Of a stretch of 64,000 nt of DNA, positions 9,059 through 22,000 are shown in pieces. The notes under the pieces were generated by a model. That model worked only from the letters and a program-made list of their open reading frames with translations. It did no database searches and was not told the DNA's origin. A program made the position numbers and the translations under genes. Location of the stretch: NCBI GenBank assembly GCA_964036045.1, contig OZ038378.1, forward strand, positions 65,844,001 through 65,908,000, in the 5' to 3' direction. Origin of the DNA: Eutreptiella sp. 'Long Island Sound 2002' (taxonomy: Eukaryota > Protista > Euglenida). Every line of letters starts with the position of its first letter. Positions within the stretch are counted from its first letter, which is position 1.

Positions 9059-12000
9059 AAGCAGGAGATCTCTGGTGTTGCCCTTACAGCTGCCTGGAGC
9101 CGGTCCTTCGTGCTGCTCTGGTCCATTCTGGTGGGCAAGCTGCAGGCTATAGACGTCGGGTACCTAAAGCGCGACTTGTCATCTTGGTACTGGGCGTCGT
9201 GGCCTGAGGTTGTGGAGTACCTACGGCACCATTTCAGTACCCTCCCCTCCAGTGAAGTGTCTGTTCTTCATGCCAATGTAATCAGCCACATCCCGATCAA
9301 AGATGTGTCGGATGCCGTCCGCAGCCTCCTCTCCGCCGACCCGCGCAGCTTCGTGGATCTGGTGAATGGGGACAGTTCCCCCCTATCGAAGGGGAAGGTG
9401 GTGCTGTCTGGCTTCTGGTTCAGAATGGCGGTGGTAGCATGGGCGGCAAAACACCAAGGGAAAAGCCTATCATGGTCGCTGGCAGTCACCGACACTTGGG
9501 CGCCCCTCGATGGTATCTCCGACAAGGTGCTGGAACGAGCACTTCGTGATCACTGGCCCAACGTCTACGGGGCCATCCCTCGGGACATCTCGTCCCCCCG
9601 ACCGGCTGGTCCAGAGCAGGCCGCCCACAGCAGGTCTCCGGCGGCAGGATCTCAGGAGTCCATCAAACCTGGGGGCAAGGCCCAGGCTGGGCCGTCGCTA
9701 ACGGCTGAGGATGCGGTGAACCTCACCATGCCGCAACTCTTGCTGAAGACCACCGAGAGAACTAGGGATCTACCGCCCGAGTCGATCAAGACTGCCGTGG
9801 GGCAGCTCAACACACTGCTGGCCCCCTATCTGTCGATGCCTCGTCTCGGTCAACAGTTACTCAAGCTCTCTGGCGCCCTCTCCCTCTCAGCCTGTCTGAC
9901 GAGCTATGCATGGCCCACAGGAGGGGATCTCCCCCGGATCAAGTGTGCCCTCGTCGCCTGGGGTCGCTACATAGATGAGGCATGCCTCGTCACTATCACC
10001 GATGCTGTCAAGAGCTAGATCCTGCCGGAGATCCTGAAGGCTGTACGTGATGGAGCGGACTTGACCACGTCGTGGAGATCTCTGGCATGTGAGGTGGCCA
10101 TGGACCTGTTGCAGCTGAATGATGATGAGCTACCGCTTTTCCAGCTTGAGGCGGTCAAGGATTTCCCATCTATGGCCCTCCACCTCTCGGAGTACGTGTC
10201 CCGTATCAAGCAACTATCTACCCTGAAGGCCGTGCGAGATATAGTGCGGGAGCGCTGCCGACGTCTCGCCTCGCCAAACTGGGCCGCAGCTGTCCTCCAG
10301 CAAATGGGTGTCCCGCTGGCCCCTACCGGACCCGCCCTTGGAGCGCCATTCCAGTTCACCCCACCCCCAGGAGTGTTGGACCTGGTCCCTGTGCGGATGA
10401 ATCTCAGCCCCGTGGCGGAGGGGCTCCTCTGGCCAGCGTATGTGGCGGCCGTCTCAACCTATTTTAGGTGCGAGGTACATGGTCCTCACCTACCCAGCGG
10501 CCTTGCCACCAAGGGCACAGCGGTGAAGTCCTGCTTCCTCCTTCTCCCAGCGAGTGTGTGGCGGTCTGTCAGTGCCTCGTTGCCACCGCCCCAAATCCCC
10601 ATGGGGCCCTCCGGCCTGATGGCCACCATTACGGATACCCACCCTGATGGCTCGAGCATCAAGCCATGGACCCCACCCGGACTCTGCCTGACACGTCAGT
10701 GGGCGGACTCCCTGAGGAACACCCAGTCCTCCCGAGCCAAGCACGAGCCCACATCTCACTCCGAGCCCCCGCACAAACGGCAGCGGAGTACACGGTCCGA
10801 GTACCGCGAGTGCGATGCCCCCCCCCCCCCCCCGGCTACGCTCCGCGCCGCTCCCCCTCACCAGCACGCTCCACGGCCGACAGCCACCTGCCGCCATCGC
10901 TCCGCTAGCGGCGAGTCTCGATAGATCGGGCCTCCATGGCCTCTGCGGGCCAATCCCACAGCCCCGTCTCGTCTGAAGCTTGCGCTCACCACAGGGGAGG
11001 TGATGACGACCGCCATGTCCCCCGCTACTTCCGTGACGGTCGGGGGTCTGATCTGGGGTCCTTCACGGCACCGTGGGAGGAGTATGAGGTGTCATACCCC
11101 CTGCAGCCACCGCAAGCCCGATACCGCGGTCCCGGCGGCATGTGACTGCCGTTCGCCCTTCCACAGACCACCTGCTGCCCCCCGCTGCTTCTAACCGTGG
11201 CGGTGGCGGCTGTGCTCGCGTCCTGCAGGCCCGGACATCCCCTCTGTCCAGCCGACCTGCATCAGCGCTGTCAACAGGCGCGTATAGTGCTCCCCGATCC
11301 CCCCCCCCATGACCCTAGAGGATGCTAGACTCAGCGTCCACGGTGGCCATCTTGCCTCCGTGTCGGTCCGTGCGGCCTGCGGGACTGTGCAGTTTGTTGA
11401 TGCTCAGTCTTGTGCCTCATGCTCTGAGAGCCACTTTCAGCGCGTTCCTTTCCTAAATGGCCTGGAGGTGTCCTCTGAGGCTGCTGCCAAAATTGGCACT
11501 GCTCTGGGCTGCGACCCACTCGCCCTATCATCCATCCCATCCCCTCTGATGCGCACGGTGCTGTATGTGCTCACCCTGTGGGCAAGCTGCCTGACCCTTG
11601 TCTCTGGTCGGCTGGCCCGCGGTGCTGCCTTCTCCCCCCCTATGATACAAGGAACAATGGTCTGCCTATTGATCGTTGAGGCACCGTGCTGGAGTGACCC
11701 CCCTCAACTCAGGCCTGTCCCCCACCTGCCTGTTCACAGGCACCAGACAGTGAGTGAAGCAGTGTCAGAGTGCGCCGCCCACTCGGTGCCTGGTGGTGTT
11801 CGGTGCTTCGTTTGCCAGCGCCCCCGGCTCATTAACGGACTCCTGTTCCATATGCGTGCTTCTGGGGGCCAGGCCGGGAGTGAGCCCATTTTTTGCCCCA
11901 AGATCCAATCTGAGCGTGTTACCCGCTGCGCTAGCGGGTACACGTTATGGCTATCGAGGCTCTGTGCGTATGGACGGGGTCATGCTCACCTCAGTACGGC

Positions 12001-12100
12001 GCAGGCATGACTGTAGTGCAACTGCTCAGCCCCCTGTGTTTCCTGCCCTTCTCCAACCTCTAGATTTAGACCCGTACCTGGTGGTGTCCTCCCCCCTGGT
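9059..12100 (+). pseudogene. Long 5' coding region (ORF1-like) of the LINE; no recognised domain except a probable RanBP2-type Zn finger
   Basis: ORFs 8981..10018 and 10061..10924 share a frame across one TAG, followed by 10936.. and 11309... The sequence (R)AAC-x10-CASC at 11369-11422 fits C-x2-C-x10-C-x2-C if CGT derives from TGT. Confidence 0.55.
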
Positions 12101-12164
12101 ACCGGGCGGTGCTGAGCTCCTACAGCAGGCGGTCTGCCATATGCAGTCCCTGTTTGAGCTCACC

Positions 12165-15100
12165 CCTCAGCTCAAACTGTGGTGGTGCGGCGCACAAGGC
12201 CACCTACATTATTGCCACTCTATCCGAGCTATCAGTAGATATTGCCTTCCTGCAAGAGCTCTGGGAGGGTTTTGCTGTCAACGAGCTCGATGGCATGGGG
12301 TACAAGGTCTTTTATGATGGGGTTGCGGAGCGTGGGGCGGGTATGGCCATCGTGGTTGCATATGCCCTACTGCCCCGGCCCCGGACAAACAAGGGAGGAG
12401 CTGAATCCGAGCTCGTGCAGTCCTATGAAGATCTGAAGATCCTCTCCCTCACCAGGCCCGGGGGACACCGCATCATCGGGTACAACGTGTATCGACGTCC
12501 TAGACAAGCAATAGACGTTTGGGGGGTTATACAGCGGCGAGTGGCAGAATCCCGGCGCACTCAAAATGATCTGTTTTTTGTGGCTGGCGACCTCAACGAG
12601 ACCCTTAGACCTGGGGCAGGGTCTAGGGTCTCCAAATGCATGCGCCAAGGCAACTGCTGGGCCTTCCTCCACATCCCGTACCCCCTAGGAGAGCCCACGA
12701 TTTTTCAGCCAGTGGGGGCCGGTAAAGTGGCACGTACAGAAATCGACTACATCTTGGTGGATGTGCTTTCCCCTGTCTCCCTTTCAGCAAAGGCGGTCTA
12801 CCCAGGGGTGTCCCACCACGGGGCGCTCTGCTGTCAGTTCTCAATCCCTCCCCATTTCTGTTACAACAAAAATGTCTATGAGCGGCGGCTCAATTTTCGG
12901 AAAGCCTCGCCGGCTTCCATAGCCCAACTGGCTGCGCATGCTTCGCTTCTCTTGTGGTATTGGGCCGTGCTGGGCCTCTCCATAGATGCCTGCATGGCAC
13001 AATATTTTCCTCCGGCCCTACAGTTCATCCCCAGATACATTGAGAGGGTGCAGTCCGATGACTCTGGTCGTCTCAGGGACATGGAGTACAAGGCGCTCCA
13101 GGGAGACAAGTGTGCTGAGGCGTGTGTACAGAAGTGGCGACAACAGACACGCGACAGGGTATGTCAAGCAGGGTTAGCAGTGGAGGCCAAGCCGTTCCAG
13201 CTGCGGGCTGTGAATGTTGTGTCCTCCAAGCCATATAAGTTGCAGAAGAAGTCCTTCAGTGTGGTCACCAGGGTCAGCCCTGATGGGGTGAATTTCCCCA
13301 GTGACCCAGGAGCCTTCATTGATGAGGCCCGAACCCAAGCTCAAGAGCTATACGGACTACGGGCCTTGGCCAATGATGTCCACATGATCCGAGAGCGGAC
13401 GTCCCGGGCCCGTGCTGTGTCAAGGCCCAGGGATGAACTGTCCATGTGTGATTTCTTTGTGGATCTGCTCTGTAGCCTGGGTGAGCCACGGGCTAACAGC
13501 CTGGTGGGGCCTCTGTCAGTGGTGTCCCCACTATCCTTCCGCGAATGGGAGTGGGTTCTAACTAAGCATGGCCATGAGGCCACTGCCTTAGATGAGCTGC
13601 CTGAATGCATGCTGCAGGCCCTTGCAGCGTCGGGGCACCGAGCCCTACTCGATTGGGTCCGGCGGCTGCGGCAGGGCCATTTTTCCAGACATTTTCAGTG
13701 TGCTGTACATATTTGCCTTCTGAAAAAGGACCCGCAGTGGCTCATCCGCAATAGTAGGCCCATTGTCATTGGGCCAGTGCTTCAGAGGCGGGAATACACC
13801 CTGCTTTTCTCTAAGTTCATGTCTCGCAGTGAGTTGGCTGGGCTGATGCCCCCATGGGCGTATGCCTATCGCAAGGAAGTCACCCCCCATGGTCTCGGTC
13901 TGTTTTTGAGATGGCGTATTGGGCGATCAAGTCACCGAAGTGTTGCTGGTGCGCTGATTGGGATGAGTCCAACGCGTTCTGTAACGTGAACAGAGACGCC
14001 CTCATAGCCTATCTCATGGACGACCCCCCCCTAGAGCATGTGGGTGTACTCACGAAGTGGTTCTTTGATGGTCTCATGGTTTACCTGCAGACCCCGTATG
14101 GGCTAGCTCCCCCCCTACTACATGCAGCAGGGAGGTATACAAGGCGACAACATGGGCGTTGGTGGCTATCTGATCCCGCGCATCCTGCGATCCCGGGCTG
14201 TCCTGGATAATGTCATTTGTCCCCCGCACCCTTGTTTGTCCGGGGCGCAAGTCCCAGAAGTGATCTTCTCTGTTGACGGGCGCCAGATGGCCCTGTCGCC
14301 CGACGAAATGGTGCATAATTTAGCTGAGTCCTACCGCCTTGCAGCAGTCTGAGGTGGCACTGCAAATGCGTCCAAGCTGAAGATGTATCATATATGTTAT
14401 GCACAGGGTAAGCTTCGGTACGCGAAAGAGTCCATCTCCTGTGCCCTGGGAAATTTGGACTACCAGCCCCAAGGACTCAAGACAGTGGGCATTCCCTGTG
14501 TCATGGGTGAGTCGTCCAAGTCTTTTCTTCAGGCAGGAGCTGAGTTGTTTGTCCATGTGCTAGCCCGCGTGAGACACACCAGGCCCTCATGCATCCTGGC
14601 TCTGAGGGTAGCGCCGGTGTATGCCGTATCCTCCTTGGACTTCCGTCTCACCCTCGTTCCCATGTATGCGGGTGAGCTGGCCCCGCTGCAGGCTCAGCTG
14701 CAGCAGGTGGCACGGAGCTCCCTGCACCTCCCCTTGTGGTTCCCGTCCCGGTACCTGATGGTCCCTCTCCACTTGGGGGGCCTGGGCTACCCAAACTTGG
14801 AGCTACGCCTGCGCCTGCAACGCATCCTCCTCACATTTAAGGCTGCCAGCGGCCGCAGTGTGTACACCAGGGAGTTGGTGCGTGGTTTGCTGCATCATCA
14901 TGTTTGGGAGCGACTGACGGGGTCAGACCCGTAGGTTCTGCGTGACGAGTGCGAGATGCTTGGCCTAGAGCTGTGTGTGACCCCCTGCACTGACCTTCGT
15001 GATGCTGGCTCTCATGAACAGTGGCTGCGCCGTGATCTCCATCCCCCTGTCACTGTGGTATCTGACGGTGCTTCAGTGCAACGAGGTATAGGTTTTTGGG

Positions 15101-16598
15101 CTGTTCTTCTGGACGCTGCGGGAGAGGTGGCCCATTTCTGGTGCCATGTGTGTGTGGCAGATCCCTCGTTCTGGGCAGCTGAGTGCCTTTGCCAGGCACT
15201 GTCGATGATTATTCCCAGCCGGCTGGAGGTGGCGTCTACGCTACTTCTGGGAGACAACCTGTCCGCGGCGGTTAACGACGGTCTCCGCAAGCCCACCCCC
15301 TCCCATTAGTTGAATGCGCTCATTCGTCATGTCGCGCGGCTTCTCCTCACGCCGCCCCATGTAGAAGGATATATACCCTCCCAACACACCACAGGGTGGC
15401 AGCACCTGATTGCCCTGGCTCAGGCAAGGGCCCATGATCTACCGTCGGTCCCCCCCCAGGGTCCCCTCCCCGTAGAGGTGCCCTTCCTTCATGTCGTGCA
15501 GCCCTATTCGCTGCTCTTGCAGCATGGTGCGTTGTGTATCCGTCCCCCGACTGTCCTGCAGTCCGTCTACGATGTCTCTGTGTTTCCTCCCTCCGCGTCC
15601 CCACCTCTGTCCCTTCTTGGGTACCGCAGCAGCTCGTGGGGCCACCACCTCGCTGAGCTGCGGCTTACAACGACGAAATTCGTGTCTGCATGTGGGTCAG
15701 ATCCTGCCGACACATCCGCCACCCGCCCCCTCAAGCGTACTGTCCTTTCTGTGAGCGGCCTGTCAGTTACTGTGCAGCTCACTTCGCGCTCGAGTGCCTG
15801 CGCCTGTGGGTTGCTGTGGCCTTTGCCTTCCGGTCGCTTCTGTTGGAACTTACAACTATGGGGTTGCCCGTAGTACAGGAGACTGTGCATGCAGCACGTG
15901 TGACCATGGGTTCTCGCAGTCTTTCAGTTTGTGTGGCGCCTGACAGGGACTTGAGGGCGGACCCTCGGGTGCTGAATGTCACCATGTCCAGGCCGGTGAG
16001 CGTATGCTTGGAGTTTGCTTATTGTGTTGCCCTTGTTCCCCTCGACCCCCTCGCTCTTGTATACATTCGGGCGCTGCACTCCGCCACGGTCACAGAGGAT
16101 CTAGGTTTGCTGTTGGAGGCGGGGCAAGCCCACGGTTGGAGCTGCTGCCCAAGCCTGCGTTGGAGTGAGCGCGTGTTCCTGACATGCCTGTCTGCGTGCA
16201 CGGGCGCTGGGTGCTCTGAGCCTGGCGTCCGTCTTCCCCCGTGGGTAGACTGATGTGCGGGAGCCAAACAGGTGGTGTGGTACCCTGACGGCGTCCAGGA
16301 GCTGCACGACGATATCATTGCCCTTTCCCCGGCCCAGAGTGCAGGTGTAATGGACAGTGTCTTCCGCCTCGGGCGGCTCCGGAGCCTACAATGGATGGAC
16401 CCAGTTGGGTATGAGGGCTTTGTCCCTGTCCGTCAACAGTTGCTTTGCCTCCAAGACACCGCCATCTTCCGTGTTGTTGCTTTCAAGGTCAGGGCAAGGG
16501 GCTCGGCAGCGATGTGTAATTCCAGCGAGAGCGCGCGGTGCACTCTAGAGGTGAAACCCACTGGCCCCAGTCATGCCGGGGCCTGCCGGCGGGGCTAG
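12165..16598 (+). pseudogene. LINE ORF2: apurinic-like endonuclease + reverse transcriptase + RNase H + CCHC knuckle + C-terminal extension
   Basis: APE: SNCGG, IAFLQE, FVAGDLNE, IDYILV, SHHGAL. RT: NSRPI, DWDESNAF, GGIQGD, degenerate FSVD, LGGLG. RNase H: VVSDGA, WAAE, LGDN. Knuckle: CPFC-x-H-x-C at about 15730-15790. Several frameshifts and stops. Confidence 0.88.
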
Positions 16599-16804
16599 TG
16601 TCTCAGTGTGTCCGCTCAACCGTCCGCAAATAGCCTTGCTTGGCTGGACTCTCTCTCGCGCCATGCATGGTGCACGTGCCCCACTCACCTGGGCCTCATT
16701 CCTCGGAGTGTGTGAGTGTGTAACGGCTGGACGTTCTGCCGGCGGACGCCCTTTGGCGGATCGTCGGACGACGGCTCTAGCACCGCATGACATGACATGA
16801 CATG

Positions 16805-18140
16805 ACATGACTGCCTTCGTGCACACCTTGCAGCAAGTTCTCCACTTGTGCATTGGTCGGTGATGTCATCACCTTGCATGAACGTGGGATGTTGTCACAT
16901 TCCGGACCACCCACGCTCTTGCCCAGATTGATAGTACTAGGATGGGCCCCATCTTGGTTCTACGCAACAATATAGCCTTGGTGCCGTGCCACGGCTTTGG
17001 TACCTGCCACGAAAGTCTATGAATTACCCATCCCGGCACCTCCAATCAATGGTGTGATGCATGATTGGTCTAGCACTTGGCGTACGGCCAAAGCGTGTGC
17101 GGAGCTCAGGCATTGGCGTTGTACTAGGTGCCGAAGAATCTGTTCGCCACGGTCTAATAATGGAGGGTGCTCCTCCAGTTCCAACCGGATGTGTGCTAGC
17201 AATTCAACCCATGCTACATCTTTTTGGATTTTATTCCGCCAATTGCGATAGGCATTGCAGTTAGCGACAACCATGCACTAGTACTTTCCCAGCACTTGAT
17301 CCACACATTGTCACCAGAGATGCCACCACCATCCACCTTTGCCTTGAAGTCTGGTTTCCGCCAGTCGCACTTAGTGTCGTCCATTTGCCATCCGTGCACC
17401 ATGTCGCCATCCAGCTCATAGTTGCCCCACACTTCCCATTGTGAGGCACACTGCAAGACGCTAGGTGCGTTCCCATCACCATCTTGGTCCAACCACCATT
17501 CCTCAAACCGCAGTTGCCTTTGAGTGCCATTGTGATGTGTACATCCGTTGGCAGACATTTTCTCATGGTCAATGCATACCTCAGGTGCCCTGACCACAAA
17601 CCTGTCGCAATCAACCCATCATTCGGCAAACTGTGACACAAGGTTCTCGTCGGGCCCATAGTCCAGTGTGCACGATGTGATGCCGGGATTCAGGTTGGGG
17701 CTTTTGGGGGCTGTGTTGCCGAGTTAACCGGCTCTAGGGCCCGGATAGGGATGGACGGATGTCTCTCAGGGGCGCCCATTGCTTGTGATGAGGGTTGTCC
17801 ACCGTCTAGTGCGACTGAGATAGGCGGCTCCAGGGCCACAAGGGGGACGGACTGCCAAGCTCGGCGGCACACCGTGTGTCGGATAGGGGTTGGTCAATTG
17901 CCGATGTGTGCTAATCATCCGGCACCAAGGCCGGCACAGGGTGCTGTGGCTCAGGGGTACACAAGAGTTGCGATGAGGGATGCCCAATCAATGATGTGAC
18001 CCGGATTCGAATGGGGTCCTCTACGCTTCATCCACATGCCTAGGGGCCTGCACTAGGGGTGGTTTCGCTGTGACTTTCAGGGGCATTGTGTCGCGGTCTG
18101 CTGAAGCCTTGACCTTCACCGCAACACAGTGCTGCAGCTC
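16805..18140 (-). pseudogene. UPF1/DNA2-like SF1 helicase element, N-terminal part to motif Ia (copy 1)
   Basis: Degenerate Walker A GGAGMGNS* (17017-17043) and motif Ia TSPTNAQVENLL (about 16830-16867). The N-terminal domain (FEEW...DGDG...WEVWGNYEL) and a Pro/Ala repeat unit are homologous to 43100-44370. Confidence 0.8.
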
Positions 18141-18164
18141 AATGCCACGTAGTGGCTGAGGCGA

Positions 18165-18930
18165 AATTCAGCTGAGGGGCACAAGGGCCCCCTGTACGCG
18201 GCATTGGCTGTGGAAGCCTTGGAAGAAGTCCAGCAGGGCACGTGACCCATGGGGGTTTGCTCATGGTGGCGCTGACAGGCTGAGGGACTGTGAAGGGATC
18301 ATGGCAAACAGGTAGTGCAAGGCATTGGAAGTGCTGCTCACACACCTTTGGGGGGGCGTTGTTCGGCCCAATCACTTGGGGGTCACGCTCAGAGACTTCA
18401 CAAAGTGCGCCCTGCCGTACGTCCTCTTCAAGTATTAGGGACAAGATGTTGGGAATCAGGGTGGGTTGGTAAAGGTGGTCCGCGCAGATGACCCGTCAAA
18501 GTGGGAGGGAAGGCGGGTGCAACAATATGTGCACAAGCCGCTGCAACGGCAGTCGGGGTATGTGCATGATGACAAGGCATCAATGTACCGGACTATTGGC
18601 CTCCCTCTCAGGAGGGAGTGTACATCTGCTTAGATTCAGTGCATTTTCCGCAACAGGCTTTTTGCACCCCTGTTGGGGTGTATGTGGCATCCCTGCCACA
18701 TGGGGTTCGCCAGTGCGTGAGGCCTCTCGGTGTGTGTCGCTCTGCGACCTTGCACTCGGGAATTGATGGCCAATGTGCATGGCGCAAGTTGCCCCGTCTT
18801 GTAAAGGACCACATCCTTGGCTGACACTAGACATGCTTACCCTTGCGAGCAGCATAATGTGGATGCAGTCCTGGCGTTGTGGCCACTGCACATTGCCTTA
18901 CTGTGTGTGTCCCTGATCTTGCATTCACCC
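18165..18930 (+). pseudogene. C-terminal (post-helicase) region of the helicase element, oriented opposite to the adjacent N-terminal part
   Basis: RHWLWKPWKK...PWGFAHGGA...IMAN matches RHSLWKAWKR...PMGFAHAGS...VMAN (45200-45330). YVASLPHGV..C..LGVC..DGQCAWRKL matches 45690-45820. Confidence 0.8.
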
Positions 18931-19048
18931 ATGACCTATGACCTCTGACCTGTGACCTATGACCTATCAGCTTCAACCCGTCACCTATGACCTATGACGT
19001 ATGCCCTATGACCTTCGACCTATACCGTTTGACCCATTACATATGCCC
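18931..19048 (+). repeat. Degenerate (TGACCTA)n heptamer array ending the helicase element
   Basis: atgacctatgacctctgacctgtgacctatgacctatc... Confidence 0.85.
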
Positions 19049-19089
19049 TTTAACTGTTCACAATCATTTCTTGCTTTTGCCCGCCATGA

Positions 19090-22000
19090 TGACACTTAGG
19101 TCCATGAGATATGGGGTATCAGCCCCTAAAGTCATCTACATCATCTATAACGTGTAGGATGTCACCGCAGCCCCTGAAAACATGCCTCTATCGGTGGCGG
19201 TGATACGTATCATGGTCCACAAGGTGCAAGACCGCACCGCAGCCCATGAAATCACGTTTCTATGAGCAGTGGTGATATATCCCATGGTCCACAAGGTCTA
19301 CGAAGTCACCAGAGCCCCTGAAGTCGTGTTTCTACGGGCAACCGTGATATGTGTGATGGTCCACAAGGTGTACAACACCACCGCAGCGCTAGAAATGGTG
19401 TCTCAATGGGGTGCGATGATATGTAGTATGGTCTACACGGTGTATGGTATCACGACAACACTTGACACCACGTTTGCATGCGCTATGGTGATATGTAGCA
19501 TGGTCTGCAACGTGTAGGGTATCACCACAACCCGTGAAACCATCTCTCCAGGGGCTACGGTGATTTGTAGCTTGGTGTGCAAGATGTAGGGTATCGTGTA
19601 GCCCTCAAAAACACTTGTGCATGAGCCGCGGTGATATGTACAATGGTGTACAGGGTGCAAGGGAGCACCCCAGCCCCTCAAACCATGCGTGGATGCGACG
19701 CGGTGATGTGCACCATGGTCTGCAAGCTGTGGGGCATCACCGCAGCCCACGAAACCATGTATGTAGGGGTTGCGGCAAAATGTAGTATGGTGTAATAGGT
19801 TTAGGGTATCACCCCGTCCCCCGAAACGATGTGTGCAGGTGCCGTGGTGGTATGTAGCATGGTCTACAAGGTGTAGGGTATCGTCGCAGTCCATGGAACC
19901 ACGTGCCCATGGAACACGGTGATATGCAACATGGTCTACAAGATATAGGGTCTCAGGGGAGCCCCTAAAACCATGTCTGCAAGGGCAGCGGAGATAGGTA
20001 TGATGCTCTGAGCAGGGCAAGGCATCACCGCAGCACCCGAAACCATGTCTCCCTATGCTATGTTGACATCTAGCGTGATCTACAAGGTCTAAGGGATCAC
20101 CCCATCCCCTAAAACGATGTGTGCAAGGACCGCCGTGATATGTAGCATGGTCTACAACGTGTACGCTATCACCATAGCCTCAAAAAACAATGCCTGGTGG
20201 GGCCGCACTTATATGTAGCATGGTCTCACCGGTGTAGGGTATCACCACAGGCCCTGAAACCATGTTTGCAAGGGCCGCAGTGATATATAGCATGGTCTAG
20301 AAGTCATAAGGGATCACACCAGCCCCCTACATCCATGTTCCGAGGGGCTGCATTGAAGTGTAGCATGGTATTTACGGTGTAAGGTATCACCGCAGCCCCC
20401 AAAACCACGTCTGCATGGGCTGCGGTGATATGTATGATGGTCTAGAAGGTGTAAGGGATCACCGCTTCCCCTGAAGCCATATATGCAGGGATTGCGGTGA
20501 TATTTAGCATCTCGGAGTGTAAGGTATCACCCTAGCCGCAGAATCCATGTCTCCATGGGCTGTGGGGATATGTATAATGGTCTGCACAGTGTATGGTATT
20601 ACGGCAGCCGTTGAAACCATGTCTACAGGGGCTTCCGTGGTATGTAGCTGCGGTGACACGTATGATGGACTACGCGGTGTAATGGATCACCACAGCCCCT
20701 GAAACCATGTGTCCATGGGCTGCTGTGATATGTAGCATGGTCTACAAGGTATAGGGCATCACCGCAGGTGCTAAAAGCATGTCGGCATTGGCGGCCGTGA
20801 TCTGTATGCCGGTCTACAAGGTGCAAGGTATCACCGCGGCACTTAAAACCGGGTCTCCATCCGTTACCGTGATATGTAGCTCATCTACAGGGTGTAAGGC
20901 ATCACCGTGAGCCCTTAAACCATGACTGCATGCGCTGCAGTGATATGTATCGTGGTACATTGGTCTTTTCACCGCAGCCCGTGAAACCATGTGTGCACGG
21001 GCTGTGGTGATGTGTATAATGGTCTACAAGGTGTAACGGATCACAGCACCCCCTCAAACCATGTCTGCATGCGCTGCACTGTTATGTAGCATGATCTACA
21101 ACATGTCGGGTATCACCGCGGCCCGTGGAAGCTTGTCTCCACGGACTGCGGTGCCATTTCTGTAGGGGCTTCGGTGGTATATAGCATGGCCCACAAGGTG
21201 TAAGGGATGACGGCACCCCTAACGCCATATCTCCATGGGGCACTGTGATAGGTAGCATGCTTTACAAGTTGTAGAGTATCACCGGAGCCCCTGAAACCAT
21301 ATCTCCATGGGTTGTCGTGATAGGTATGATGGTTTACAGGGTTTAGCGTATCACCGCAGCCCCTGAAGGGATGTGTGCAATGGCTACGGTGATATGTAGC
21401 ATGCTCTACAAGGTGTAGGCTATCACCGCAGCCCCATGTGTGTAGGGGCTGTGGTGATATGTCGCATGGTCTCCAAGGTGTAAGCTATCACCGCCGCCCC
21501 CCAAACCATTCCCGCATGGACTACGGTGATATGTATGATGGTGTGCAAGTTGTAGGGCATCACCGCAGCCCCTCAAACCATTTCTCCTTTTGCTACGGTG
21601 ATATGTAGCATGGTCTACAAGGTGTACTATATCATTGCAACCCTTGAAACCACGTCTACTTAGGCTGCGGTAATGTGTGTCATGCACTACAAGGTGTAAG
21701 GGATCAGCACAGCCCGTTCAACCATGCCTCCATCCGCTGCGGTAATGTGTAGCATGGTCTAGAAGGTGTAAAGTAGCAGTGCAATTCTTGAAACCATGTG
21801 TGCATGTGTTGTGGTAATACATGTAATGGTCTATACGGTATAAGGGATCACCACAGCCCCTGAAACCATGTCTCCATGGGCTAGTGTGATATGTATCATG
21901 GTCTACTAGGTGTAGAGTATCAACACAGCCTCTTCACCATATCTCCATGGGCACACGTGATATGTTTCATGGTCTACAAGGTGTAAGGGATCCCTGTAGC

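Larger units (their letters stand above)
9059..16804 (+). mobile_element. Non-LTR retrotransposon, about 7.75 kb, probably 5'-truncated and degenerate
   Basis: An 11-bp TSD ACATGACTGCC lies at 9048-9058 and 16805-16815. The 3' tail is (CATGA)5 at 16786-16810. APE, RT, RNase H and CCHC motifs occur in order. Removing the element rejoins the helicase frame. Confidence 0.92.
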
